From: a virus
Reading direction: 5' to 3' (one strand)
Length of the DNA stretch: 64,000 nucleotides
Virus record (IMG/VR): IMGVR_UViG_3300025313_000008
Coordinates: 24,378-88,377 of that record
In this document: piece after piece, positions 17,821 to 28,204 of the stretch
How the letters are laid out: each line of letters opens with the position of its first letter
Numbering within the stretch: position 1 is the first letter of the stretch
Position numbers and translations under genes: made by a program
The notes under the pieces: generated by a model
What the model was told of the DNA's origin: nothing
What the model saw: only the letters and a program-made list of their open reading frames with translations
Database searches by the model: none

Positions 17821-19020
17821 TTATGCACTCGCGTCTTCGACTCCTTTATTAGTAAGTTCTAATATGGCTTCAGATTTTGCGTGATTTGGTGAATCTATTA
17901 TGATAGCTACTACCTTTTTACCACTTTTCTTTAGATATATCCTATGCGTAGATGTGTGTGATAATACTGTTCCACCTGATGCCTTTATTGGATCGCCAAA
18001 ACCAGTAGGTGATTGTAATACTTGGTTTGTTACGATACCAACTATATTGTATGTTTCACAAAGTCGTGATACATGCTTTATGTGTCTCTTTAGTTTCTCT
18101 TGTCTTTCACCTATTTCTCCTCTTCCAAAATAATCAAGCCTAAATGTTGCTGTAATAGAATCTATTATCAAAAGTCTTACTGGAGGTTGCCCTTCTTGAT
18201 TTATATATGAACCTAATTCTTGACCAACTAAAAGCTGATGTCCAGCATTTGCAACTTTAATCAATATTATATTATCAAAAAACTTCATAGCTTTTTCGCG
18301 TTCCTCGTCATTAAGTGGTTGTTTTGGATCTTTTCTTTTTTCTTCCATTTTAGTTTGTTCTTTTGTTTGAACCAAACCGCGTTCATATATGAGTTGTTCT
18401 ATCCTATCAGGTCTAAACGTGCCTTCAGTATCAACATAAATAACACGACAAGGCTTTCCTATTTCAGATAACCCGCCAACTGTTAATGTTTTTACATCAC
18501 ATGTTGGACATCTTTCTATTTTTTGATCCTCAAATACCTCATGACATTTAAAACATTTTCTCTTGTAAGGAAGTTGTGCCATAATGGTTGCCATAAAGCA
18601 AAACTGAGTTTTTCCAGCTCCAAACTCTCCATATAGTTCAGTTATAGCACTACTTTCAAATCCACCACTCATCATTTCATCAAATCCATTTACTCCACTA
18701 CTTAATGTATATCTTGTTGATGTCATATAATTATAAAATTCTCTTCCTGTAAATACTGCTTTTGCTACAACTCCTTTATCACGCAAGTATGTTCGTGCAT
18801 CTTCTATCATTTTTGTTGTATCACTAGAATCCATATCAAGTAATACGCCTAATTCTTTGGGTCCTCTTATTATTAAATCAGTTGCATCTAATATTCCTGC
18901 TTCTTGTAATTTCTTTAATTTAACAGGTCCAATTCCTTCTATATCTGCCAAATTAAAGCTAAGTGCTTCATCAACTTCCTTTAAGCTTTGTTCTATTTCT
19001 TCTTTTTTTCTAGGTGCCAA
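17821..19020 (-). CDS. radA: Archaeal recombinase RadA with two insertions
   Basis: N-terminal HhH (IEGIGPVKLKKLQEAG), Walker A GEFGAGKTQ, YVDTEGTFRPDRI, LIIDS, TNQV and GG.VL.HTST.RIY.KKSGKK. Confidence 0.95.
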   Translation of the reverse strand: MAPRKKEEIEQSLKEVDEALSFNLADIEGIGPVKLKKLQEAGILDATDLIIRGPKELGVLLDMDSSDTTKMIEDARTYLRDKGVVAKAVFTGREFYNYMTSTRYTLSSGVNGFDEMMSGGFESSAITELYGEFGAGKTQFCFMATIMAQLPYKRKCFKCHEVFEDQKIERCPTCDVKTLTVGGLSEIGKPCRVIYVDTEGTFRPDRIEQLIYERGLVQTKEQTKMEEKRKDPKQPLNDEEREKAMKFFDNIILIKVANAGHQLLVGQELGSYINQEGQPPVRLLIIDSITATFRLDYFGRGEIGERQEKLKRHIKHVSRLCETYNIVGIVTNQVLQSPTGFGDPIKASGGTVLSHTSTHRIYLKKSGKKVVAIIIDSPNHAKSEAILELTNKGVEDASA

Positions 19021-19270
19021 ATTCAGTTACCTCTCTTGGTTTTCTTCCTAATACAAGATAAAACCCATCATCTTCAAATTCCATAATCACTTCTATTCTT
19101 TTGTTTTTCATTTCTGGGTCTTTGTCCTCTATTGCCATTATCATTACATTCATGTATGCTTTAAACTTTGCTAACTGTTCTAGATTACGTTCATTTGATC
19201 CAAATGAAGAATTGGCATCATCAAATGTATCAATCTTGTCACCAAGTTTTATTGTTGTTTTTACATTCAT
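19010..19270 (-). CDS. Hypothetical protein
   Basis: Overlapping operon ORF. Confidence 0.55.
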   Translation of the reverse strand: MNVKTTIKLGDKIDTFDDANSSFGSNERNLEQLAKFKAYMNVMIMAIEDKDPEMKNKRIEVIMEFEDDGFYLVLGRKPREVTEFGT

Positions 19271-19698
19271 TTTGTGTCATCTTTTATTAAATTTCTCAAA
19301 TCTTCTTTTATTAAATCGTATGTTATATTTACTACTTGACCAATTCCCGGTGCGTTTCCTTTCAATGTTGGAAAATGACTAACTATCATTCCAGATAACA
19401 AATGTTTTATTGCTATTGCTCTTTTAACTCCTTTTTCCATTCTTTCCATTTGTTCTTCTGTAAATAATGATTCTGCCTCAGCATCAGTATATTCTTTCAC
19501 TTCTTTAGTTGGCACTTCTTTATCAAAGTCAGTCACGTCTAAATCTAGTAATTTCTGTATCTTATTTATCTGTTTCTTCGCCTTTTCTGGATCTCCTGCT
19601 TCTTGACCTTTCTTTATCTTCCATTGTTTCTTTAAGTCAAGCCATTGTTTATCTTTTTCTTCTTGTGATAACTCAGTCATGTTACACATAGTTACCAA
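19267..19698 (-). CDS. Hypothetical charged helical protein
   Basis: ORF with upstream TATA-like element; ATGA coupling. Confidence 0.55.
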   Translation of the reverse strand: MVTMCNMTELSQEEKDKQWLDLKKQWKIKKGQEAGDPEKAKKQINKIQKLLDLDVTDFDKEVPTKEVKEYTDAEAESLFTEEQMERMEKGVKRAIAIKHLLSGMIVSHFPTLKGNAPGIGQVVNITYDLIKEDLRNLIKDDTK

Positions 19699-19717
19699 AA
19701 AGGGTAATATAAATGAA

Positions 19718-20008
19718 CTACTTTTTCTTTAGTTCATCTACTTGTTTTTTAAGTGCTTCGTTTTCCTTTGTTAATCTACTTACCTCTCGCATGTAAAGAT
19801 TTAGCTTTTGACCTATGTTTTTGATTGCTTCAATAGAACCTGTTTTTGCATTTTCGTGTTCTAAGATAACATTGCTCATTAAGTTATTTATATATGCCAT
19901 AAATGCTTGATCTTCAGTCATTTGTTGCTCTGGCTGTGGTGGAGTTTTTGGTTCTGTTCCTTTAGGTTCAGGCATTGATACCGATTTTGCACCTTTATTC
20001 TTACTCAT
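19718..20008 (-). CDS. Small coiled-coil protein
   Basis: Heptad C-terminus EVSRLTKENEALKKQVDELKKK. Confidence 0.6.
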   Translation of the reverse strand: MSKNKGAKSVSMPEPKGTEPKTPPQPEQQMTEDQAFMAYINNLMSNVILEHENAKTGSIEAIKNIGQKLNLYMREVSRLTKENEALKKQVDELKKK

Positions 20009-20010
20009 TA

Positions 20011-20259
20011 CTATTCACCCCCGACAAATTGAACTGAGTTTCCTATTGTCGCTTCTAATATTTCACTTCTTCTTTCTTCCGTTATTGGAATTCCAGTAAA
20101 TATATCTATAGGTAAAGAACCATCTTCATTCTTTCTGATAGATATTAAAGCATTAATATATTGATTTATTTGTTGTTCAGCATCTACTTTTTCCTTTAAA
20201 CTTACATACAATTTACCAATTAATTGTTCAAGAACTTCATCGCTTATTGCCATAGCCAC
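20011..20259 (-). CDS. Hypothetical protein (possible fibre chaperone)
   Basis: Small ORF directly after the tail fibre; function inferred from position only. Confidence 0.45.
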   Translation of the reverse strand: MAMAISDEVLEQLIGKLYVSLKEKVDAEQQINQYINALISIRKNEDGSLPIDIFTGIPITEERRSEILEATIGNSVQFVGGE

Positions 20260-20285
20260 ATTACCATATTCTTCTATATAACCTA

Positions 20286-23200
20286 TTAGCCTACTATTCC
20301 CATCCCTCTTAATATAGAAGATAACAAGTTTAATGTTGATTGTAATCCAGCCAAAGTAGCTGGAGCACTTGGCATTGTGGTTATTGATTGTGGTGTTCTA
20401 CCTCTAAATCCTATTTGTCCACCATCTTGATTCAAGTTTCCACTTATGTTAAATGTTGCTTGTGTAAATGTTTTAGTTCCAGTTATAGTTTGTGTACTGT
20501 TTAAGTTTACTGCTGTTCCTGTTATAGCTGTAGGTTGTATAGAACCAGCAACAAATCCGACAGCACTGTTGAATAATACTCCATTATTAAATGTGTTTAT
20601 ACCAGTCCATGTATTTGTTCCGCTCAATGATACTCCTCCTACACTTGCCACTAATGTTTGAACTGCTTGCGATGTCATCACAGATGTATTATTATTAGTA
20701 GAAGAATTAGTAGTAATGTTATTTATTTGTGCTCCAAACTGTAATTGTAAACTATTACCATATATTACATTCCACCTATTACCAAATTCTCCCAAATCAC
20801 TTAGATTAGAACTAATAAGATCAGTTACAAATCTTCCGCCAACAGAAATACCATCAGCAATAGAATTTCCAATAAATATCGCTGGTGCAATTAAACTAAC
20901 AGATGCACCGTTGAATGTATGAGAACCAGTCCATGTAAAGTTAGCTGTTGTATCAATACCACCACCAACCAATGAATCAACATAGCCTTTTGTAGTTAAA
21001 GTTGTTGAAGCATCTCCTCCTACTGTTGCTCCACTGTTTATCACTTTAAATCCATTCATATTTAAATTTACAAACGAATCATTCTCTACACTTCCTATTG
21101 AAAATTTAGGAACAGCGTTCACATTATAATCGTAAGAATCACCAGCACCAATATTGAAACTTTGACCACTAGGACCTCCAATCCAACTTTGACCAAAAGC
21201 ATTAGTCCATGAAGTAAAATTCTGTAATGAGTTACTTGCCAAATTTACAATAGATGTAGCTGGAAATGTTGACCAAGTTGATACGTCTATTCCTGCTATT
21301 GCTGAATTTAATGTTTGTAGGTTTACCGCATCTAAATTATTGAGAGGATTAGAAACATTAGTTATTTGTTTATTACGTACATTTAAATCAGTTATTCCTA
21401 ATTCCATAAGAGGAGTAGGATTACCACTAATAATCCATCTAAAAGCATCGGTTGAACTACCCAACTGGAAATTTTGTAGTCCAGCATTTACAAAAAATGC
21501 ATGTCCTCCACTAGAAGTCCATCCTAAATAATTAGTTATTGTATTAAACGCCATATTAAGCGGTTGTGTTGCAGTGTGATCACCCAAGTTATCTGCTCCA
21601 CCGGCACTTAATGTTGTTAAGTTTACATTTGTATTTCCAGATCTAAATATTACGTCATTTCCCACTAATCTGTCTTCGCCATTAAGCATTCCTGTTGTTC
21701 CATTTGCGTGATTTGCACCTAAAATAAATGCACCGTCTGCTATAATGCTTGGATTTGTTATAAATGTATTTGTTTTCATATGAAATGATGCAGTGTTTAA
21801 AGTTGCTATAGAAGTAAGATTAACTTGCCAATCATAAAACTTACCTAATGGAACACTCCATTGTAATTTAGTGTTCCCTGCATTTACAGCTGAACCATAT
21901 TCTCCAAATCCTATTACACCACTATCTACAGCATATCGTAATACATCCAAATTAAAGATATTAAATGTACCCATATTAAGATCTGCATCTGCAGTAAATC
22001 CAATAAAAGAAGTGCCAAATGCATTTGTTAAGTTTCTAATAAATCCACCAGTTCCTACCATTATATCTAATGAACCTCCATTATTTACTTGTCTTATCAT
22101 TCCATCTACCATTCCACTAGTACCTAATGTATGAGTTAGTAATTCAAATTGATTTGCTCGTATTCTTGGATCAGAGAATACAAAATTCATTGTTAATAAT
22201 CCTTCTTCTAAACTCATGAATTCTGTATCGTTTTCTCTGAAACTAAAACTCTTAAAAAAAGGAACGTTGAACTCTAATCTATTTGCATCAGTAGAGCCAG
22301 CTATTGCAAATTGATTTCCTCCTACTATGCCATTATTAGAACTAAAATTAATCATATCAACATTATGTATATTCTGAGTTTGTAAATTAAGATCAGTAGA
22401 CATTTTCATTCCACCACCGTTTGTTGTATTATGTCCTAAGCCATCCAATACAAACATATCTAATTGAGTGTATGAAGGTGCAGGTCCCCTTACTCTAAAG
22501 TTCATAGTTTGCGGATTACCAGTTCCAAAAGGAGGATTTACACCAGCTAGAAATTCTAATCCAAATCCAGCTAAATCAATTATACTTCCTGCATTTGGAA
22601 AAAATATTCCTTGAACATTGAATATATTATTAGTATACATATCAAGTCCATCTTGTCTAAATTCATATTTTAGATCACTATTAGTTTGTCCAGTATTTTC
22701 AAACCATAGTTTAACAGTTTTTAATTTTGGCACATTAATATTGATTCCAGAATTACCACCACTGATTCTTCTTTGTCCATGATCAATAGATGAAACAAAC
22801 CCACCAAATGCGTCAAATTGAGCTTGATCTAGATTAATAATATCATTTGTAACCATATCCAAATTTACATTTGATTTATTAACATTCAACCTCATTTCCA
22901 TGTTTGCATTTACTCCATTATCTACGTAAAATGCATGATGAGAACCAGCACCTGTTACAGAATAATATAATCTTGCATTCGATGTTTCACTTGTTATGTG
23001 AGCTGTAAATGAAGGGCTATCTGTAAACCCAAGAAATCTTACATCTTTTATATTAAAGTCATGCATGAGTAAATCAAAAGTATCTAATGTCATGTGTGGA
23101 AACCCACCAATATACCATCTATATTGTTGTGATGGTGGAACATTTGCTTCTATTCCCGTTCCAGAAGTTGAAAGTCCCTTTACTGTTGCATCAGTAGGAA

Positions 23201-24422
23201 AACTAAATCCTCCAGCTGGGGCAAATCTTAATTTATCTAAATTAAAAAGATCATATGTATTAGCATCATGATCAACTTGCCATGGAGTATCTTGACCAGC
23301 TCCAGCCGGTGCTATTATCTGTGCATGATAAGTTACTCCTCCATCAGCCGTAACAAATTGTATTAAAGTTTGTGAATTTACAGCAGAATCTATTTGTGTT
23401 AATATTGAAGCACCGTTTTTAACTGAAGCCGGTAATGCAGTCAAAGTACGACTTCCTGTTCCATCTTGAACCAGTAACACATAAAATTTAAATCCATTTG
23501 ATGAAGGTGGTGGACTACTAAACGTTAATGATATATTTCCTATCATTCTTATTCTCTTATAATGACCGTTTGCTTGATTTAATGATAAACCAACAGCTCC
23601 AGACTGATCTCCTAAATCCTCTTTGGGATATAATATAGGAAAATCAAAAACATTTCCAGCTCCACCACTTGTAACACTTGATAAAACTGGCACCCATCCA
23701 CCATCAGAAGTTACATTGCTTGCTCCTTGATATTGAAGAATTACTATTGCATTTTCTATTATATTAAAAGAAGAATCTAAATCCAAATTTCCAGTATTAG
23801 CATCGGTTGTTATTGCTCTTCTAAGCCTTATTGTTTGACCATTCTGTGCTCTTAATAACACTATTTGTCCGTTGTTTTTTGCATTATCTATAAAATGAAT
23901 TTCATATGGCGTTGCTACACCTTCTACAATAATTGAAGCTGAACCAGCGTTTAAATGACCTCTGCCAGTTTGTGTATATAACGTTCCATCAACTTTTGCG
24001 TTTCCATTTATGCTACCGTTTAAATTTTCGTTATTAGTAAATGTTCCGCTTATCGAATTTGGTTTAAGTGTTAAAACACCTGTAGTAGAAGTAAGTATAT
24101 CTATATCTCCTATTATTGCTGTCGCACCAGAAGTTCCACCAGTAATTGTTTCATTTATCGCAAATTCCATGTTTGGTACTAGCGTTTTATAATTTAACTT
24201 ATTTATTACACCAGTATCTTTGGTTAATCTAATTACATTAGGAATAAATGTAGCAGTTCCTGTAGTTGGTAACGAACCACCAATACTAGAGCTTAATTTT
24301 CCACCTCCTCTTCCTCCCGAATTTAGTGGAAATGCTTTGGCAAACTGCTCTTCTCTTATTTTTGCTACTTCTTCCTTTAACGCTCTTATTGCGTGATCTG
24401 CTGTATCATTATCATAGCTCAT
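20286..24422 (-). CDS. Tail fibre / receptor-binding protein, 1378 aa
   Basis: G/N/T/S-rich, N-terminal coiled coil, repeated L(N/D)Mxx(F/N)xIxN(L/V) fibre motifs and a TTKGYVD stalk motif; follows the hub gene. Confidence 0.8.
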   Translation of the reverse strand: MSYDNDTADHAIRALKEEVAKIREEQFAKAFPLNSGGRGGGKLSSSIGGSLPTTGTATFIPNVIRLTKDTGVINKLNYKTLVPNMEFAINETITGGTSGATAIIGDIDILTSTTGVLTLKPNSISGTFTNNENLNGSINGNAKVDGTLYTQTGRGHLNAGSASIIVEGVATPYEIHFIDNAKNNGQIVLLRAQNGQTIRLRRAITTDANTGNLDLDSSFNIIENAIVILQYQGASNVTSDGGWVPVLSSVTSGGAGNVFDFPILYPKEDLGDQSGAVGLSLNQANGHYKRIRMIGNISLTFSSPPPSSNGFKFYVLLVQDGTGSRTLTALPASVKNGASILTQIDSAVNSQTLIQFVTADGGVTYHAQIIAPAGAGQDTPWQVDHDANTYDLFNLDKLRFAPAGGFSFPTDATVKGLSTSGTGIEANVPPSQQYRWYIGGFPHMTLDTFDLLMHDFNIKDVRFLGFTDSPSFTAHITSETSNARLYYSVTGAGSHHAFYVDNGVNANMEMRLNVNKSNVNLDMVTNDIINLDQAQFDAFGGFVSSIDHGQRRISGGNSGININVPKLKTVKLWFENTGQTNSDLKYEFRQDGLDMYTNNIFNVQGIFFPNAGSIIDLAGFGLEFLAGVNPPFGTGNPQTMNFRVRGPAPSYTQLDMFVLDGLGHNTTNGGGMKMSTDLNLQTQNIHNVDMINFSSNNGIVGGNQFAIAGSTDANRLEFNVPFFKSFSFRENDTEFMSLEEGLLTMNFVFSDPRIRANQFELLTHTLGTSGMVDGMIRQVNNGGSLDIMVGTGGFIRNLTNAFGTSFIGFTADADLNMGTFNIFNLDVLRYAVDSGVIGFGEYGSAVNAGNTKLQWSVPLGKFYDWQVNLTSIATLNTASFHMKTNTFITNPSIIADGAFILGANHANGTTGMLNGEDRLVGNDVIFRSGNTNVNLTTLSAGGADNLGDHTATQPLNMAFNTITNYLGWTSSGGHAFFVNAGLQNFQLGSSTDAFRWIISGNPTPLMELGITDLNVRNKQITNVSNPLNNLDAVNLQTLNSAIAGIDVSTWSTFPATSIVNLASNSLQNFTSWTNAFGQSWIGGPSGQSFNIGAGDSYDYNVNAVPKFSIGSVENDSFVNLNMNGFKVINSGATVGGDASTTLTTKGYVDSLVGGGIDTTANFTWTGSHTFNGASVSLIAPAIFIGNSIADGISVGGRFVTDLISSNLSDLGEFGNRWNVIYGNSLQLQFGAQINNITTNSSTNNNTSVMTSQAVQTLVASVGGVSLSGTNTWTGINTFNNGVLFNSAVGFVAGSIQPTAITGTAVNLNSTQTITGTKTFTQATFNISGNLNQDGGQIGFRGRTPQSITTMPSAPATLAGLQSTLNLLSSILRGMGIVG

Positions 24423-24425
24423 TTA

Positions 24426-27400
24426 TTACACCTCCTCTTCAAAAACAAACTTTCGTTTGCCTGTAATATGTACCATATATCCATCATTATCTATAACATG
24501 TTTTACTTCACTGCATATAAGGTCTTGAGTACCGCCGGGAACTCTACTTCCACTTGCAACAAACTTTTCACCAAATCTTAATCTTACATCTCCGTGACCT
24601 TGCATAAACCAAACTTGTTCAACAAATTTCTTTCTTTCCCTTGATGCTTGTGATTTTATTTTTAAGTTTAAGTAATCAACTTCAGATGCATCGTGGTCTA
24701 ATATTGCTCTTGAATTAGAACCTAATGTTTGAAGTGATTTATTGTTTGAAGTTGTATATAGTTGTTTTTTAAAATGAAGTTCATCTATTGCCAATCTAGC
24801 ATTATTAATAAGTAAATCATTTGGTTGATGTTCTTCGCCCGGCAATCCTTGAGAAATAATAAAAGGAAATATTGATCCTGCAACTTGTTCTGATATACTT
24901 TTTACATAATCGGGAAACTGACTTGCAACATATAGTCCTTCGTTATTGTACCCTGCTTCATAAAATATTCCAATAGCTTTTACAAACCTCCAGTCAAATT
25001 CCAATCCTGACCATTCTTTCTCTTTTAACAACCAATCTGTTTCCAAAACAATACCAAATAATTTAAGATATTCGTCATACCTTCCATGATGTAATTGTCC
25101 TGCTGAATTTTCACCAAATGACAAATCAAATACATCATATTGTCCGTTTCTTGATATCTTAATTGGTGTGTACCAAATTCTATCAAAAATATCTACAGCC
25201 CAACAAACCATAGGCATATCTGCATAACCAAGAACCAAACCTCCAGTAATTGAGCCATATAATGATAATCTTGCTTTAAAATGAATTGTTTGTATTCTAC
25301 CCAAGTCTTCACTATCAAGACCTCTATTCCATCCATATTCTCCTTTATGGTTTAATGTTAAATTATTAGTATCTATAACAGGATTTTTATATACATCACC
25401 AACATCTCTTGAAAATGTAGGTATTTTCATATATGGAAATTGCATAAACCACCATGCTCCTAAACTAGTATAATTTTTCTTATCTCCTCCTGTTTCACCG
25501 GTGAAGTGAAAATTACTTTCAAATGGGTTCCAATCAAATCTTAACTCAAATGCTTGACCCGGAATTCCAGATGCTCCTTCTACTAATTTAATATCTTTAC
25601 AAATATGTAATGGAGATTGCCTTGTTGCACTACCGAATGTTTGTATATCAAATAAAAATGAAATTGCTGTACCAACAATGGGTCCAAGTGCAGTGACTAT
25701 AAAAAAAACCCCAACTGTTGTTAGTCCATTTACTATTTGTTGCCATATTGAATTATCTACACCGCCGGGTGCAATATCCAAAACATTCCAAAACTTTTCC
25801 CACTGATTTGTGTCGTTTTTCCATACTAACATAACTCCAGTTGCTTGATGACAAATAACCTCACCATGTTCTGGAGATTTGCTGAATTCCCAATCACTAA
25901 CTGAATCATTTGGATTAAAATCTGGACCGACATATTCTGCTATTTTATTATCTTGTCCACTAAATATTCCTGTAGGATTTTCTGAAACCAAATATCTTGC
26001 ACCAAGATAACATTCTTTGTCTGGTGGTGGTGCATCTAGAGTTTTTATTACGTCTTTTCCTACTACTTGCTCATATTGATTATCAGCTTCTATTCTGTCA
26101 AAGTTTGCTCTTACATAATTCCAATCTGGAACAACTCCTTGATATCCTGCTGTTTCAAAATTATCTTCTTGTTGATTATCACCAATACCAAACAATGTTC
26201 CTGCTCTCATTGCTTCAAAATCAGCAGTCCATGGAGTATAACTAAAGAATCGTGTTCTTCCACCTCTTCCTATAGTTATTGCATTAGAATCAAATAACGG
26301 ATGATTAAGTCCTCTCAAAAATGTTTGTCCTGTGTCAGCCCAATAACTTGTTCCAAAAGGTGCTGGTTTATATATTGATAGATTAGTTGGATTATTTGGT
26401 ACATCTTGAATTGCTTTGTAAAATCTATCGACTGGACTTGGACCTGAATCTGGTTGAACTATTATATCGTCTTTTTTATAACTTGCATATTTATTATAAT
26501 CTGGAATTGTTACAAAATCTTCTTCCCAATATGCTTCTTTAAGAGGATCAGTTGTAGGATTTCTATTTATGTTTCCTGTTGTTTGTATTGCTTTAAAAAA
26601 TCTTATTTCATCTAAAAACGGATCAAGAATTCGTACTTCACTTTGATTTGTTCCTAATGTTCCATCATAATATTGTGTGGTTGCATCCCATTCAGGTCTT
26701 ATTTTTGCATGTTCCCATAAAGAAGAAAATTTTGCATTTTCCATAGGTAGTGTTCCACCAACTGGATTACCTTCCATCACAACATGGTTTTTAAACTTAA
26801 TCAAATCGACATTGATTGTTTTATCTTTTTCTGTACCCGAAACAAATTCAAAAAGAAGTGGATCTATTATTACTCCTCTATCAACAGTTCCTTCTTCTTC
26901 TGCTTTTATTGTTACTGCTTTTGTTGAAAGAACAAGTGGTTCATAATCAAAAAAGAAATCTCTAAAAACACCGCCTGCAATACTTGGTAAAGACTGTGAT
27001 TTTGCTATAATTCTAAATAAATCATGTGTTGAGGTTGGTGCTAATGGTCGCCATTCTTGACTTAATGATTCTGCATCAGGTAACTTTATAGTTTCATTTA
27101 TTCCAACAGGATGTATTAATTGAGTATTAGTTTCACCTTTTATTGTATTATAGGCAGTTATTCTTCTTACAAATGCTTCTTGTGGGGTTTTAAATGGAAA
27201 AGTTATTCTTTCTGAATCCAAAGTTTCTCTTGTATGATATTCAGTAGAAATTAATGTTATCTTAAGTGTTTCTCCCGTTAATGCATCATCTATTAGTGTA
27301 GGTTGTCCTATAAAAAATCTAAACAGTCTTCCTTCTTCTTCATATACGCCATCCTTATCTCTATCTTGTTTTATTCTTGCTTGTATAATGTAATTATCTT

Positions 27401-27644
27401 TTGCACCTTCATTTATTAATATTGGTTCTTTTCTTACAAATGTTCCATCTGGTGGAATTCTTAAAGTAATAATCCCACTATTTTGTAACTCATTACCTGT
27501 GTTAGTTAGCTCTATTCTAGCCCTAAATGGTTGTAAATTGCCATTAATCACTTGACCTTCAGTAATTGGAGTTGGTGCTTCAAAGTCTTTATCTAATAAG
27601 ATTATTTCTTCTTGATAAAACGCGTTTGTACTTATAAAACTCAT
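24426..27644 (-). CDS. Tail tip / baseplate hub-like protein with inserted carbohydrate-binding-like segments
   Basis: Located after the Dit-like gene; hub-like N- and C-termini flank W..(T/A)..Y repeats and a DUF2793-like ARYLVSENPTG.FSGQDNKIAEY stretch. Confidence 0.6.
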   Translation of the reverse strand: MSFISTNAFYQEEIILLDKDFEAPTPITEGQVINGNLQPFRARIELTNTGNELQNSGIITLRIPPDGTFVRKEPILINEGAKDNYIIQARIKQDRDKDGVYEEEGRLFRFFIGQPTLIDDALTGETLKITLISTEYHTRETLDSERITFPFKTPQEAFVRRITAYNTIKGETNTQLIHPVGINETIKLPDAESLSQEWRPLAPTSTHDLFRIIAKSQSLPSIAGGVFRDFFFDYEPLVLSTKAVTIKAEEEGTVDRGVIIDPLLFEFVSGTEKDKTINVDLIKFKNHVVMEGNPVGGTLPMENAKFSSLWEHAKIRPEWDATTQYYDGTLGTNQSEVRILDPFLDEIRFFKAIQTTGNINRNPTTDPLKEAYWEEDFVTIPDYNKYASYKKDDIIVQPDSGPSPVDRFYKAIQDVPNNPTNLSIYKPAPFGTSYWADTGQTFLRGLNHPLFDSNAITIGRGGRTRFFSYTPWTADFEAMRAGTLFGIGDNQQEDNFETAGYQGVVPDWNYVRANFDRIEADNQYEQVVGKDVIKTLDAPPPDKECYLGARYLVSENPTGIFSGQDNKIAEYVGPDFNPNDSVSDWEFSKSPEHGEVICHQATGVMLVWKNDTNQWEKFWNVLDIAPGGVDNSIWQQIVNGLTTVGVFFIVTALGPIVGTAISFLFDIQTFGSATRQSPLHICKDIKLVEGASGIPGQAFELRFDWNPFESNFHFTGETGGDKKNYTSLGAWWFMQFPYMKIPTFSRDVGDVYKNPVIDTNNLTLNHKGEYGWNRGLDSEDLGRIQTIHFKARLSLYGSITGGLVLGYADMPMVCWAVDIFDRIWYTPIKISRNGQYDVFDLSFGENSAGQLHHGRYDEYLKLFGIVLETDWLLKEKEWSGLEFDWRFVKAIGIFYEAGYNNEGLYVASQFPDYVKSISEQVAGSIFPFIISQGLPGEEHQPNDLLINNARLAIDELHFKKQLYTTSNNKSLQTLGSNSRAILDHDASEVDYLNLKIKSQASRERKKFVEQVWFMQGHGDVRLRFGEKFVASGSRVPGGTQDLICSEVKHVIDNDGYMVHITGKRKFVFEEEV

Positions 27645-27655
27645 ATTTTATCACC

Positions 27656-28204
27656 TCATTGCACTCCTATGGTTCCACCAGAAGTTAAAACCAGTTCAAA
27701 ATCAAAGTTTTTAGGTTTACCTCCTACTCTTGAAATTGATAATTTTTTTATAGTAAGTCCAAATCCATCTGTAGGATCATAATTAAATGGTGTTGAAACA
27801 GTGTTGGAAGCTTTAAATCCAAATTTACCATATTGATGATATTGTCCTTCTAATTGTAATAGTTCTGCAAAACCCTGTATTTTTAATATATCAAAACTGG
27901 CATCTCTAAAACGTCCTCTAAATACAAGCGTAAGACCTTGTAACCCGTTATCCTGTTTATTAACCACTCTTTTTCCGGCTGGATTTGACACTGGTGAATC
28001 TTTTATGTTATTTTCATATACAAGTGAAACAGATTCCAACAATTCTTCTGGCAAAGTAAATTGTAATTTTTGATTAGGAGGTAGATTATTTGGATCAAAG
28101 TATGTGCTTGGAACTGTGTGATTAATGTCGTTCCATTTTTTTGTTGCCTCTGTTCTAAAGAAAAGTAATGCATCTGCCATTTTTAAGCACCACCAACATT
28201 CCAA
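27656..28204 (-). CDS. Distal tail (Dit-like) protein
   Basis: Beta-rich, about 170 aa, immediately after the tape-measure-like gene. Confidence 0.5.
   Translation of the reverse strand: MECWWCLKMADALLFFRTEATKKWNDINHTVPSTYFDPNNLPPNQKLQFTLPEELLESVSLVYENNIKDSPVSNPAGKRVVNKQDNGLQGLTLVFRGRFRDASFDILKIQGFAELLQLEGQYHQYGKFGFKASNTVSTPFNYDPTDGFGLTIKKLSISRVGGKPKNFDFELVLTSGGTIGVQ

Noticed and set aside
18340-18575. RadA insertions as inteins
   Set aside because: Too short and lacking the N-terminal Cys/Ser block and the C-terminal His-Asn followed by Cys/Ser/Thr.
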